DNA of 64,000 bases from Polymyxa betae A26-41 (GCA_003693705.1 RBZT01000623.1:207671-271670), one strand, 5' to 3'. Counted from the first letter of the stretch, positions 26,890-42,472 are shown. The notes: generated by a model from the sequence alone, not told the origin. A program made the numbers and translations.

Positions 26890-27375
26890 TTTCAGAAATG
26901 ACAAACAGATTAGGCAACGTGATTTCTACCACAGATGTCGCATGCCTTCAGATACAGAGTCGTGTGCTGTCAACTGAGTTAATTTTTGTATACCTATCCT
27001 CGAGGGAAATTTCAACTGATCTATATATATCAGTTTGAATCGTGTCTGAGTAGTTATATGTGGCGTTTAACCAAAGGAGAACGTGTCTCAATGAAAAGAA
27101 GATAGAAAACCCCTGCTGGTGATATCTGCAGTAACGACATCTTCAATAATCTCAACTTATTGTAACGTATTCTAGAATATAACACGCACTTATCAATGTT
27201 GATGTTATTTCACCCATCATACTGCCTAATTCCTACCTTAATTTCGAGCATTTAAATATTTTACCCGCCAAGTCGTGTTTATTCAAGCGACAGTCTCTAG
27301 CAAGCCTGGATTCGTCAATCGGGTTCTATTATTGTATTGCCCGAGCACGGGTTGTGCAGGTTTGACAGTGTTCAC

Positions 27376-30300
27376 ATGGGTCGCCGGTCCACAGTCGACC
27401 GGAGCGATACCAGTGGTCAGCCATCATTATTATGGACTGTTCTTTCCAATCCACGCGCGGTTATAGAGAAGTTTCATACTGTTGGATCAAATTCAGAAGA
27501 AGAGGATGAAAGTGTATTACCAGGCGTATCGACTATTGATGCCGAGTTACATGCTGGGCTAATACTCTTAGAGAAGGTCAGCCTTATTCGATTGCATATA
27601 GAGACATATTTTTAATGTTTGCGATATTTCTTCTGTTAGAATGGAGAAAGGATCGATTCCCTTCTGAGGAAATGGAGCCGGGAAATCCTTCCCACAAGAT
27701 TATCGAGGTCAACCTTTGCTGATCTGTCCGAGAAAAGGCGTCTCGTATTGCAACACCTGCTTCAGGTCAACTACTCTACTACACCCACTTCTAATGAGAT
27801 TAAGAGCCATTCGATAAGTTCGGCTGCGGTTGAGAACGCACCTCAGCTAAGACCTTCTGTATGGTCTAAAGTTGCCGGTTCTGATCCAGCTTTATGGCCC
27901 GACCAGCTGGGTGCTTTCTTGGAGAGCATCGCTCCACTGGAAATTTTACACCTACGAAATGAACCTGATGAGGTCGCTGGAAAATTCTTTCAGCAGGCCT
28001 CAAAGCTGTTCCATGCCAGGCGCAATGATTTGGACCTTAGAATGCGAATCCTAGTCGCTTGCATTGCATTTATGGCGCTACATGGCTCACTTTACTGTTT
28101 GCTGGAAGTTCTGAAAATGCTCGTTGAGCTCGAACATAATTATTCTGATATGAATTTGCCATCAATGCCGGCCTGTGTCAAGGCTCTGCATTCTCTTCAA
28201 TCAGAATTCGATCTTCCTCTGCCTTGGACGAAGGCTGTTATGGGACTGTGGTCTGAATCTGCTTCTGGCTCTAAACGTGATAATCTGAAAGGCCGAGGAT
28301 TGGCCTCAGATGGCACCTACCTTTATATTCATAATGGTTATGCGTTGCATAAAATTGGTTCTGGATTTAATGGATCTGTTCGAGGACAAATGTATGCTGT
28401 TCATAAAGGTTATCGCTCAAGGGAATCGGTTTCTTTGGCGTACGTTAATTCGACGTTAATCGCCATTTCGAGTCAGTGTGAATGGCCTTTTGCCGATATC
28501 ATCGATACATCTGATTTGGGCGTTTCCGGGTTCTTACAGTTAGGAACCGATCCAGATGCTGATGTGCCTGAAAAAAAGAGTGACCATAATCCTCTGATTA
28601 TCTCCGATGGCACCATTGTCTATCTTTTCGATACTGAGCCTTCGCTGTTGTCGAAATCCGATGCGGTCAATGATGAAAAGGCTTCTAAGAATGAGCGTCT
28701 TGTGCTTTATTTGTACAGCATAGAAGAGAAAGGTTCAGCTTCTTTACAAATATCAACAAAATCGCGCCATTCTGATCCGAAGGTTAGTCGGTTTATTTCT
28801 GCCGCCAGGGTATTTTAATTACTTCGCTTAGAACCTTGCATGTGCTCTTTGGAAATCAACCGGATACCGTTACTCTCTTCCGCAATGCACAATCGCTTTA
28901 AAATCGTCAAAAAACGACCCAAATTCTGCCGCCAAGTGGTTAATTAGCCATGGCGTTGCTCTAGGGTCGCCGAAAGTTGCCAATTTTGTGAGGCGGCTTA
29001 CTTTGAAGCCCGTTGGTATGTAAAGGTCTGCAACCAATTTTTTAATTCAATCACTACTGTTTCAGAGAATCTATCTTTGGGTTTATTGAGTCGCTCGCTG
29101 GTGTATACAACCGGTCTTCATCTAGTTGTTGCTGTTCCACCATACACTGCTGATTACAATGACTCTGTATGTGATAAGTTTATCTAAAGATGTATAGCTA
29201 ATATTCTGATCAGAGTGATTATGCTGCTATTGTTTTCAGCATGTCTACAGGGGATTTGGTGGCACAAAGAACCGGCTTGTTGTCGGCCATCGGTCAAATT
29301 GGTACTTCTGGCCTTTCTTCTCAACGAGGTATTAAAACTTAGATTTGTTCAGGATGCTACGATCCAGTGAATGACGTCATCTGGAATTGCCATTTTCCTG
29401 GAGCAATTCAATTTCAGTATTATCGCAATCATGGACCTCGCTGTAATCCGCCCGACTCCGATCCTGCTCTCGTCCTTGAAACGGTTATCGCAGATGTCTC
29501 CGCTATTGACCGTCCTTCCTGTTTAGAACTGTCTACATATCTACTGGCTCATGCATTAAGGCTATTGAAACAAAGGTAAATTTATTTTGATGTTTGGCTG
29601 TATACATACTGACCATTTAAAGAACGATTGTTGATGAGGATACTGCATGCTCGCTGTCTTCACAAATCCAGTTGATAGAAAAGGACTTGAAAATTCATTG
29701 GGAATCTGGCAACGAGAATACGAAAGCGAAAAAGCGGCTGCGTCGTAAATTGAATCGGGTAGGAATTTTCTGCCTGACCTAATTTCCGAATCGTTCTCAA
29801 CAGGCACTTTCAGGCTCGTAAACAGTGCATCGCGCTTCGGATGTCTATTATAGCTCCGTCTTCTGCATCTTTTCCGTTCTCGTTCTCTTTAAGCGAACAT
29901 ATTTTCACTGATCTGCTTTTCCTGTCTAAATCCTTTTTCGGTTTGCTCTCCCAGTCACCTGCTGACAAAACGAACAAATATGCTTTTCTTTTGATAGCCA
30001 CTCTTCAGCTATTTCGCGCACACTTCGACGAAGTTGAATCGATGCTATCGGTAGCAGAATTTCGGGCCTTCCAAGGACTCAGCAAAAGCTCTGAGTTTTT
30101 GCAGTCTTTGTTATTTGCCGGTCTGCTAAAACCGTTCGATGAACAAGTCAAATTGGAAGCCGCAAGGGCATTAACTTCCGGATTTCGGCTGCTGTTCCCG
30201 AGAAAAGAGCTTCAAAAAGATTTTATCCTTCAGGCGTTGAAGTCTTTCTCTGATTCTGCTCAGAATGACATTATCAAATTTACCAAACTGATGCTTGACT

Positions 30301-33300
30301 GGATGGCCGAGAATATCGCTCAATTTGAATTCCTTTGGACTGATATCTCTATAGACCATAAAGCTCGCTCCATTGTCGAGCTGCTGTTTTGGCTATGTCT
30401 GGAGAATTCGCATCGAGAAATCGCCGGTTCAGCAACCGCCGTCATCATTGCGATTATTCAACGGTTGATAAACCGGGCCTCAATGCTATCTGGAACTCAT
30501 CCAGTTAGAGATGACGATAAGCTTTATGAATGGTTATTCACTTTTGCCAAGCTATTTTTTGACCATTTATGTATCTGTATCGATAAGTGTGTCAAGAGCG
30601 ATTCTCTTTTTCCACTCAGTACCGCATCACCGCGTTCGAGTTTAGTGACTTTGCGGTGCATTTTGCCCTGCTTGTCAAATGTTCTACATGCCGTCTCTGT
30701 ACCTGCAAGCTTTTCTATGTCCGTGCTGCAATCGATATCCAAATTAGCGCTCGCTTTCGACAGAATTAATCGGAAATCACCATCGGCTTTAACTGAGAAC
30801 AACAATTACATGGATAAAGTCTCTTCCGAGATTTCAGCAAAGATATCTGTGGAGACTTCGCATCCGTACAGTGTTGGCAGCAATGTTGTTCGAGAAACCG
30901 TCTTCTTCAGGAATTGTGATGCCCTTTGTATCACTTTCGACCCGCGTTGCTGTACGAAGGATCATCTGGACCAAGTGACTTTATATACCGATGTCAACAT
31001 GGTAGCTTTTGGTTTGTAACCGCATTCCTCACTTTTGACGGTCTTCAGAATTATCGCGCACCTGTTGGCCCATTCTTCGGTAACGATCAGGACAAGAACT
31101 CAAACTGGCCCAGCGAACCCGTTATTATTTACGGCTCAACATTGGCCTTGAGCTTCTCTGCCAAATCGCAGCCTCGTCCTGAGGATCGAAATCGTTGGGG
31201 ATTTAAATGCACCATACGTGGTTTATCGTTTCACTCATTATCGGATGTTCTCGACATTCAATCCGAACTAAGCGCAACAGCAGGTTCTTCTAATTTGAGT
31301 TTTTTTTTCTTACTTTTTCAAACATTTCCTAGGTCTCATATTTTCTCATCTGGTGCGTGGTGCTCCCATCTCTCAGGATGAGATTGTTATCGATTCCTGT
31401 TTCAGACGTTCGTCAATCTGCCAAGGATTGGAGAAGTAATAATAGTCCACTGCTAATCTTGTATTTTGAACTCTGTAAACTTTCTTAGGTATCACACTGA
31501 GAAAGATGACGAGATTACTATGGGATCTGTTCGCGACGACTGTGGAATAGTCGAACGTGGCTCCCCAGCTGGCCCCCTGATTCAATCCATCATCGACGGG
31601 ACGATGTCTCCGATATTGTCGGAACTTCAGAGACACGAATATCGATTCCTTGGAAGTCATATCATTAAAAGGCAACCTCCTGCAGTCCAAACAGGTGGGG
31701 ACTGATTGCTCCACCGTATTTACGAGCTTCTCTCACACTTCGCTGATGTAGAATGGCATCGATGCATTCGTAGTGTGATGGCCTGTATGATTAAGCATTC
31801 TGGTTTAATTCCCGAGATTATGTGTTTTGTTCATTCTGGTGGAAGAAACGAAAGCACCTCGGACAATACGTTCGTGACACTTCATGATAAGCTTAGCGTC
31901 GTTTCGTTATCAGCGCAGAAGCTACAGGTATGATCACATTAATAATCTATGACCATTCCAGTTTGAAATTCTGCTTAGGATTGGATGCTACAAGAAGTTC
32001 AAGCCGGAAAACGATGGAATCATCTTTGCTCGTCTCCAACGCTTACTGTATCGTCGCTCGACGAAGAGTTTGGAAACCCGGAACATTTCTCTACTCTGAT
32101 TGCTATTTGTCATTTTGCTGGTGTTGAACATTCTCTCTTGTCGCGAGAGAAGTCAGATCTTCATACCATCTTGAAGGCGCTTGTACAAAAACATTCCGAG
32201 GTACAGTCAGCCGCCGTCAAACAACTCTGCCCATATATGCAAATTTGCAAGCATGTTCTGCAAGTTTGCCAGGAACTCTTACTGTTCAGAGGTGCATTCG
32301 ACGCCGATATGCCAGAATCGGGTCTCGATATTCCAGATATGTGGCGATCTCGGAGCGTTGCCTCGAATTTAAACGATATGATACAAAGCCCAATATTCCG
32401 AACGCATTCTGTTCCTGCTATGAGTGCTGTCAATGTGCGAGATTCAGTTGCAGATCAGACTGACAAACTCGCCCAGAAGGGATTTGAGTCGCGAATTCAC
32501 AATTTCCGTAATGTTGTTCAAACCTATCAACATTGGAAAGCATGGCAGAAAATCGTCACGCCTTCTCGTTCCGCTCCTCAAGAGCAGGTGATGCCTTTCG
32601 AAGCAGTTTCTGATATCATCAAAAAGCGGTTTCCGGCCGAGCTTCTGAGAAAAGTCGCTCATATTCAAGAGAAAAGGATTATTTATCGAATCGCCGCATT
32701 GCGTCTGATCTCTGACTTTCTCAATAAGTTATCGTTTAGCTCAGCTAAATTGGGTGTCATTGGCAGACTTCCAGAAAGTCTGAAATCATCGGATCGTCCT
32801 GCATCGTTGAACTTCGGTGTCTCCTGCTGTCATCCATCCTTATCTACGGAGCTGCTCAACGCTTACGAAATGTATTTCAAGTCCGTATCCAATGTTTTGG
32901 TGCCAACAGTGAACATGGGCATGTTACAGTTACGTGCTGTGAAAGATTTGTTCGATTTCGAATTTGGAATCGAGCACTGCAATTTGATCGAAAAATGTTC
33001 AACGTTGCAGACAGCTTGCGATTTGCTGTTGCACCTGTGCGAGAAACCTGAACTACGAATGAAGCAGCGTCCTTTGTTCCAGTCGCTATGGTCGGGATTC
33101 CGGCTTCTCGCTTTTCGAATTTTGAAGCTGGGAGCCAATGATGTACCCGGTCACGCCTTACTTCCTGACGTTTTTATCGATTTGAAGAGACTGCAGCGTG
33201 TCGTGTTTCAACTTATTTTCCGTCTCCTGCAGTATTTCTCCAGCGCGCCTGCCACTGCCACAAATTTGGTTCATGTAAATCGCTGCTTAGAAAAAATGTT

Positions 33301-36300
33301 ATCGTTTCTGGTTGTATGTAGCGGGTATTCAAGCTTCTCCTTGCTGAATCGCAACGAGTATCTGCAAGCATTTTCAATTGTGATCCAAAATCCCTGTCGC
33401 TTCTCCATTCGTGTTACTCGTCTAGCAATCCGTTTGGCACAAGCCGTTCTTCCTGTGGTATCGCCAGCCGCAACGATGCCGTACTTCCCGGAGCCTTTCA
33501 CTGTGATGATTGTCAACACGATATCCAATCTCATCATCAATGGCAATTTTGAATCGAAAAGCAAGTCGTCTGACTATTGTGTTGTGGTTCATCGCTCCGA
33601 TGACATTGACCAAGCTCGATGGGTAGAAATTCTTTCTAATGAGCTGCCAGAGTTGGTGATAGGTCGCCCTCCAACTGATGACCCGTCGGCTCGTCAGGCC
33701 GACGAAATGCATAATGAGATTGCAACAAAAGAGTTCGAGAACCGATCAAAACATCGGTCTGGTCCTACTGTTGTTCCCTTGAAGGAAATTGGCGGCGGGT
33801 CTATTCAGTTTTTATCAGATAATGCTATCGTTTGTGTAAGCAATCAATGGTGCGGAATGGTTCAGGATTGCTAATGGTAATCTAGAAAGATGGATTTGCG
33901 ACTGTCATTGGAGAGGTTTCTATTAGCGCGGGTAAATGGTATTTCGAAATGCATTTGCAGTCTGCGGGTGTCATGCAGATCGGCTGGTCGACTTTGGATA
34001 TTATGGCATCGAGTAGTGCAGGAAATGGAATCGGCGACGATAAGAAGAGCTGGGCGTATGATGGACGCCGTCTATCGAAATGGCACGGAGAACAATCTCG
34101 ATACAGCAGTAAACGATGGCAGGTCGGTGATGTGGTCGGCGTTACTATCGATTTAGACGAGAAAGTTATGCGATATTTCTTGAACGGGGAAGATCTTGGT
34201 GTTGCCTTCTCTGGATTCGATCTATCAGGGTCTCCTGGTCAAGCAGTTCGCCCATCGTGCTCTTTTGCTTCAGGCGAACGGGCACGATTCGTGTTTAATG
34301 CTGCTCAGTTCCGCTGCAGCATGCCGGCGAACCATTACCCGTTGCAAGGCGACAAGCCAATGCCGAAGAACAATCCCATCGGCCGTGCTCACTCCATCAT
34401 CTGTGATTTATCTCAGCTGGGCCTAGTTACGATCTGGAGAGACTCGTCTCAAGGTTGCTATGATATGGCCTCAAAATTGTCCTCCAAAGGCGTCACTGTT
34501 ACAGTTCTGAATAAGGAGGCGTTCGACTCAATGCCGTCCGCTGATCCACCTGAACACGCCGCATATGAAACGAACCAGAAATTTATATTCAGCGGTCACC
34601 AAGCATCTGCTGCTGCTTCTGAGTACATCTTTCTCGGGCGATTCCTCCTTGCGCCGTCGCTTTCCTCCAAGGCCTGGGCTGAATCGATGTCGTCGCTGAT
34701 CTCATCGATATTGGACGGGTTCTGTGCGCATGAGCAAACTGATGACGTTCCCATGCGCCAGGTTCTTGGTGCGCTTTGTATTCTTGGAGGGTTCTCGGAA
34801 CCGTTACGGGTCGGTGGTCTCGCTGCTATTGTTGAAAATGGTGCGATTGAACACCATTGCGTCGTTCTCGATTATTCTCCTGGAAATTCATTTGCCCAGA
34901 TTACGATGTCGAAGCAGTCTGCTCTGAAAGATCTGCGAGTTGGCCTTTCGGAATCAGTAGACGCCACTCCTGAAACCAATCAAACCTCGCAGTTGCTTCA
35001 CCGAATAAGAATTGATCGATTGAAATCCCGCCCATTGCTTGAAGTCGATTTGGGCAATGATTTTCCATTGTCAAAGTCCATTGTTTCTTGCCTGATTTCA
35101 CTAACGACACAGCCAGAAAAAGACGATTCTTTCAAGGGCTTCGATCGATGGCTATCATTGGAACTCAGAATTCGAGCATGTCTTGTTATGGAAGCGCTTC
35201 TTCGCTGCTCTTCAAAAGCCGATCCAGCAGCTGTAAAACTTGCCACAAAACATTTCGTCCATCTTGCTCGCATTTCTCACTGGAGAAATTTCGAATTCGA
35301 TCGTGTTCGAAACGTGTTCGAACACGCCCGTGATCGTGTATGGGATGTTTCCAGTCATTGTCTTGGCTGGTTCGCATTACCAGTAATCGGACATGAAACC
35401 AGGACATCTGCATTCGAACAGTTGACGCTTTCTCCAACCGTGTCTTTAAGTGATCTCCAAAGGCGTCAATTTGTTTACGGCTCCAGCGCTTATGTTCAAG
35501 AGTCTTCTGGGAACCCAACCGAAGACACATCCATCCAGCGAATGGTTCGGTTTTGGGAACTCAAAATTATTCCGGTCATTCAGGACTATGTTCGGGGGTC
35601 ATTTCGGGACTACGAAATGGTGTACTTCTTCGAGCAGCTGAGGCAGCCGCTTCGCGCTGGTGATGCCGCTTCTGCAATGAAAATCGTGTATGGGATTATC
35701 GCTGTGTATGAGTTTTACAGTGTGATGATGACGTCGTGTTAGGTACACGTTGTGTAATAATCGTGTCCCAGACTCTGTTCAATTTCCGGCTCTCAATCGC
35801 GATTGGTCTGAACTTATGTGTGAAGATATCGTTATTGGACAGCCGCTGGTTGTTGGTGCCGGTGTCCGGTCGTATCCGGCTTTCTGGAATGAGCAACTGA
35901 TGCATCATATTATTGGATGTGTGGGTGTTGTTCAGGCTATTCGGTTCGATAAAGATCTTGTTCTTCTACAACTGTTCTTCGAGGATCGCTCTGTCCTGGA
36001 AAGTTTCTGGTTTCCGGTATCATGCTTGAGAGAACCTATTCGTCTCGATTCTTCTTGCAGGTATTTTCCTCAACTAAAGACTGCTTCGAATGCCAAACAA
36101 TTGAACTGCTTGTAGTACCGAAAACGTCGATAATATTCGGCGTTTTGACGATGCGATGGATTTCCTGCAGTCCGCTGTGACTCCACTCCCAGTTCTAGTT
36201 GCCCGCCGCTCCATAATTTCGCTTTGTTCGCAATCGCCGAGTTTCGTTCGCGAACAATTAGCAAAATCATCCGATCTTGGATCGTTGCTATTTTCGTCAT

Positions 36301-39300
36301 TGTCTCAATGCTTGCAATCAACTTTGAACAGCGCCGGGACACCATTCCTTGAGCACGTTGGTACCATCGCCGCATTTGAACGATGTCTGACGGAAGCGAT
36401 CGCCGACGTTTCCAGAGAAGTCGGCTCGAAAATTCTGGAGATCTCGGAGCAGAGCTTATCGAAAGCGGCCGAATTCTCGCTTTCCAACACGGTCATTTGC
36501 GAGAAAGCGGTATCGCGCGAATTCTTCGTCACCGGGACATCATCATTTCTGATTCAGTTCAGTATGGAGACATCGCTGCCTTCTAACGCCAGTTTCTCCA
36601 TCTACGCTGATTCGGAATGTACACGACTTATCAAATGTTATTCTGGTGGAAAGTCTGGCATCTCTAACTTACAGCATTGTCTGATTTCTGGCGATCGATT
36701 TTGGACCCGTGTTACGCTTCCAGCCGATGGGACACCCATAACTAACTTGTCTTTTCGTGCCATTGCGTTATCGCCGGATTTCGCACTCTCATTCTGGATC
36801 GTGCGATTCTTGACGCAGAAGGATTTGCATTGTCTTGGCAAGAATCGAATCGAGATTATCTTCCAGTTTGTGGAAAGGATTTTCGTCCAGTTTGGTCTTA
36901 TTGCAATGGATCCCTCGCCGATGAAAGAGGCAATCTTGGAACTTATTTACGACCTAATTCAATCACTACCGACGCAGCTACTTTCAATTGATGGTGCAGT
37001 TGCAAATCAAGTTCTCTTCTCTCTCAATTATATCGCTCAGCTGCAACCGGAGCTCATTCGACTGTTGGCGTCGGAGTCGTTAACTGGAACATTCACATCA
37101 TATATGCAGTTATTACTGGATCTACAGATTACTGCCGATAATCTGCGGCCGGCGTCTGAGCGAATCGCTGGCAAATTCACCCCTGTCGCCGACGGCCATG
37201 AAAACGAGCCAGTGGACGAGACTGTCGCAACTCCACCATCTGACGATTGGGCCTGTCCGATGTGCACTTTACTCAATGATAATTCCTTCTCTGTCTGTCA
37301 GGCGTGTGAAAGTCCTCGACCTCCTCCCGAGCAAATGTCGAAACCTACCACGAGCGCGTCCGATCTGTCACCGAACTCGCGCGATCGAGTCTTTTCTCGA
37401 GCGACTTCACTCTTCAATCGCATTTGCGGTATGATGCAGATCATGCAATGGCTCAGCTTAAAGGCCAACCCGCCGGTTTCTCTGCCCGTTCAAGCCATCG
37501 TCGAAGCTGCCTGGAACAGAGCACGATCGGAACGTCTTGAGCCCCAGCTGTTCATTATTGATGAATTACCACTCACCGTCGACGATGCCGACGCCAGGAC
37601 TCGATTGTTATCGTTAATCGCGGAGCTTTCTGGATCTTCCGATGTCCCGTTTCTGGTCCAGCATGATTCTATTTATATTGGGACGAATTCAGATCGGCCT
37701 TTGGAGTCGGTGCCGTCCATGCATGATGCGGCGACCTTCTTGGCTTCTCAGCCGAAGACGTTACAATTCTCGCATGAATACCCGATGGATCAAAACGGTC
37801 TCATCTGGTATCTCGGAACGAAAGGGAAATCCGACACGTTTACGAACCCGATGACGGCGGGCTTTCTGACGGTCAGGGCGTCATCCCTGCAGCACGACTC
37901 GGTCGGGCCCGAAGCCGTCGTCGGACGCGATGTTCTGCGCTGTGTATCAACGTCCTCTGAGCGTCAATGGTTCGAGATCGATTTCCATCAAACACGAATC
38001 TGTCCTACTCATTACACATTGAGACATTATATCTCATGGCATACTGAAGCTTTGAGGAATTGGCGTTTTGAGGCGCTGGCTGCTGATGAGTCCTGGGTCT
38101 GTCTGCATGATGCCATTGGTGATGAAACACTTGCTGCTAAAGGTGCAGCGGCAACATGGCAAATCACTTCCGATTCCAAACAATTCTATTCGAGATTTCG
38201 CGTTCTGATGACCGGTGAGAATTCCAACCGGCATTGGTATCTGGCGTTGTCTGGTTTCGAAATCTATGGCGATGTTATCAGCGATACGATTTATCAAAAG
38301 CTGCCGATCCGCCAGTCTAATCAATTCGCTGTTGTCAGCCTACTGAATGTCTCTGACGAATGTGTCGAGGCATTTGTAAAATCGCTGGAAGGACATGTCG
38401 TGGACTGGCCAGGCTGGTTCCGTTCCAAGCTATCTGTAATCAGGTTGGTTACTGTGATTGATTCTCTATCTAATTTGATATTGACGTTGGAGATTCCAGG
38501 TTCGAAGTCGCTCCTCGTGGTGATAATCGTGTTGTCGGGTTTGTTAGAAGTCGACTAATTAACAAGGGCGGCGAACTGACCGAACCCTTTTCTCGTGCAC
38601 TTGATGATCTATTGAAAATCCCGGCTGCTTTGAATGATCTGTTCCCAGATGTCAATTCCGATCTGGGGCAATTTATAGCTTCGGAAATCAGCGATGGTGT
38701 CATTAACAGCCAATTATTGAAATCTGTCTTACGTCAAGCTGCATCATCAGATAATCGCGTTGTGCAGGTATAACTCGTAATTCAATGGTAAATACCGATA
38801 TTGATGCATTTGAAGATTTGGGATTGGCTGAAGACGTTGGGATACAATCTCGATATCGCATTGATTGTGGAAAACTCGTTCGGCAAGGCTCTTCAAGAAT
38901 CATCGTTATGGTCGACATTACCTGATTCAGCGCACGAAGAGCTCATGGATCATCTGTACAATCTGGCAGACCGCATAGCATGTACCGATATGCTTCAATT
39001 ACCGCTCAATCGGATCACATGCTCAGAATCCGAACTTCTTAATCTACGCAAACTGTTTCCAGTCTCTGAAGCCGCTATTCGTCTAAGGTTCTCTGTATTG
39101 AAAGAGTTCAACGAATCCATCAAAGACCTGCTGCCATTAGCCGATTTGCGCTATTGTGCTGGAAATCGCCTGGGCGGTCTATTACGCCAATGCCGATGTT
39201 TTATCTTCCGCAATGTGAAGCAGGAGTTCCTGATGAGAATATCTGATCTAACTGCTGAGCCTGGTAGACGACCTCCCATATTATCATTCAATCGACTTGA

Positions 39301-40655
39301 TCTGGCATCACGAGACCAACAATCTCGCGATTTTATTCACGACACGTTCTTTGGCAACGCCTATCTTCAAGTAAATCATCGCTTCGTAGTTCTGATATAT
39401 TCTAATTTGATTTTTCTCTCTAGTTGCGCGATTTGTCACCGTTCGATCTGCGACCTCCTCGGCCTCAAGGAACAGATCCATTTCTGGCACTCGAGGTGGT
39501 ATTCCATGGAGAGGATGTTGTTGGAGAAGGAGGTCCATATCGCCAGTTTTTTAGTGATATTAGCAATGAACTATTGGCGAGTGACAATCCTCTATTTATA
39601 CCATGTCCCAATCAGCAGGGTGGAATTGGTGAGAATCAAGATACATTCGTGATTCGGCCATCCGCTGCCAGTTCATCTTCCACCTTGTCCTTGTTCGAAT
39701 TCTTCGGTCGGATACTTGGTACGAATGATGTTGTTCTTCAGGGTCTCTGTGTTTATTGATTTCTATAGGAATCTGCTTAAGAACCGGTGTCAGAATCAGT
39801 TTGAGGCTTCCTGCATTCACCTGGAAGCCCATTGTTGCTGATCAAATCTCACCATCAGATCTCTCCAGTATTGACCATCAGACATCGATGGTCTTGCAAC
39901 TGGTTCAATCGATCGACGAGGAATTGTTTGACGATATGATAGAGGAGACGTTCTCGACACCGCTCAGTGACCGGACCGTTGCACTTTTGCGGCCAAATGG
40001 CGATAAACAACGTGTGACATTCTCTGAACGAAATGAATATATTCGTCTGGTGCATAATGCCAGATATAATGAGGCACAACCTCAGATCGATGCTATTCGT
40101 CGTGGTATCGATAAGATCGTTCCTGTTCAACTTCTCAACATCTTCCTGCATAACGAACTAGAACTCCTCGTCAATGGTAAACAGATTATTGATGTTGGAC
40201 TTCTACGAAGACATACCAGTACGTATTCATTGTACAATTCAGCTTGTTAATTCACCTGATTCATGTTTGTAGAGTACAGTGGCGTTTCTGCTGATGCTCC
40301 TCATATTCGTTCTTTCTGGGAGGTTCTAACCGAATTCTCCCAGCAAGACAGGCGCAAATTCATTCGATTTGCTTGGGCTCAGGAGAAGCTCCCCGTAGAC
40401 GATGCCGAATTCGTTCGAACTCATACCCGTCTGCTAATCAAGACAACTCCATCGAATGTATCACCAGATTCTCGATTCCCTCGTGCTGATACGTGTTTCT
40501 TCAATTTGGAACTACCATCATATTCGAGTAAAGAGATCCTGCATAAAAGGTTACTATTCGCTATCACTCATACTGATTCTATGAATGCCGATGTTGTACC
40601 TGAAGACCATCAAGTATCAAGACATGCTCATGATTTCTCTAATCTAATGCCATAA
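27376..40655 (+). CDS. Giant HECT E3 ubiquitin ligase (UBA-like, SPRY, RanBP2/NZF zinc finger, galactose-binding-like, HECT)
   Basis: SPRY (GKWYFEM...MQIGW...GIGDD..SWAYDG...GDVVG), NZF ([10 protein letters not shown]...CQACESPRP), HECTD1-like [11 protein letters not shown]...HYTLRH...LRNWRFE and HECT ([10 protein letters not shown]; [13 protein letters not shown] with catalytic Cys). Many short introns link the ORFs; start uncertain. Confidence 0.9.
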
Positions 40656-40791
40656 GTCTATCAATAGTTAAATGTTATATCAGTTTCTAGAATTTATGTC
40701 GATAAAATTGAATTGATTAAATTGAATATGTATGTACGCGTGCCTGTACAATTAGATGATGTTGGTTGTTGTATTGTAATCGTTAACAATC

Positions 40792-42472
40792 ATGTCGAAT
40801 ACAGGTGGCAAGGTATTCAATATATCTATTATGTACATTGTATTGAGCTGATCTGATACATAGCTAATTGCATGTGGGTATTTACGTAAGAAGAGTCCTA
40901 AAGGACTTGTTGGATTATCATTATGGCAGAGACGATTCTTCTGCCTATATGAGAATGTCATGACCTACAGCAAAGATAAGAATGATGTTAGTCAGAATCA
41001 AGGTCGGATGAGATCACCATTCTATTCAATGTAATGATTGAATTGATTATTTAGCATCTGGAGCTATTCCAGTTCGTGAGATGGTATCCGTTGAACGTGT
41101 TCGTAAAGATCCTTGTAGATTTGAGATCATGATATCTGGACGTATATTCTCATTATTAGCAGATAGTCCAGCAGAAGTTACTGATTGGGTTGATGCACTC
41201 TCTAAACAGATCATTCTCGTCAAGACACGATTACAGAGCCATCGATCTAATTCAGATCCAGATCTTGAGAAACCTGTCAAATACTGGAAGGATGCTAAAG
41301 GCGTTCTGGACGATTTAAACTCTCCAAATCGGCCCAGCGTGCAACCATTCAGTCAGAGCAATGCTTTCACGAAAATCGATCTATCGACATTGGCGAGTTT
41401 GTCAAGCAGCACGATGAGATCGGCGAAATCTGGCGTTAAGATCACGATTGTGCCTCCCTCTAATGATGAGCTGGACGCCATGGCCCTGCATTCCACCGAA
41501 TCCAATGATGATTCAGTTGTTGGTGATATCGATGATCCAGCTGGATCTGAACGAAGATTCAACCTGGATGATCTGAAAGTTGAGAAGATCTTGGGTCAGG
41601 GCGTGTTTGGTGACCTTTGTCTTGTACTTGATAAGAAATCAGCTGAATACTACATGATGCAGAGAATGAAGGTCACATCACCAACAGCAACAGTTCGTAT
41701 AGGTTAAACTGTTTGATCGATTGATGGCTGATGATGATCTGTATAGATGGCATTAGATGCAATGAGAAAGATGTCATCATTGAATAATCCATATATTATG
41801 CAATGTTTAGATTATGAGATTACATCAGATCAAGCATGGGCTATCTATGAATATGTTCAAGGTCCAAACCTTCTTCAACATCTTCGAACACAGCGACGTT
41901 TTCCTGAAGAGATCGCCCGCCTGTTTCTTGCTGAAGTTGCCTATGCTGTTAATTACGTACACAAGAAAGGATCGATCTTCAGGAATATGGATCCTGAACA
42001 TATCGCTCTCGATATAACCGGTCATGTTGTTATTACAGATTTCAGAATAGCTCTAGCAGCTGCTGATAATCATCAGCCATGCAGAAATGCAGAATATCGA
42101 ACTCCTGAATATATTTCTGGACAAGGAGAATGTCCTGAATCAGATTGGTGGAGACTTGGTGTTCTAACATATGAACTTCTTGTTGGATTTCCACCATTTC
42201 GTGATAAAGATCAAGCTGAACTTGATCATAAGATTCAATCATGTATTCTTCGATTTCCACCATTCGTATCAGGTCATGCTGCTGATTTTATGCACAAGTT
42301 GATGCAGGTCGATATTGATCAACGATTAGGACGTGGTCGGACTGGATTCAGCAATCTTCAATCACATGCCTTCTTTACTGATACTAATTGGAATCTTGTA
42401 GAATCAAGAAATCAACCAATACCTGGTCATGTACTTGAATTTGTTCAACAATCAATTACCAAGGTCCAGTAA
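40792..42472 (+). CDS. PH domain + AGC-family pseudokinase (Akt/PKB-like layout), 4 exons
   Basis: Spliced PH: CGYLRKKSPKGLVGLSLWQRRFFCL...EVTDWVDAL. Kinase fold GQGVFG...TPEY...DWWRLGVLTYELLVGFPPF, but VAIK is YMMQ, HRD is FRN and DFG is DFR. Confidence 0.85.
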
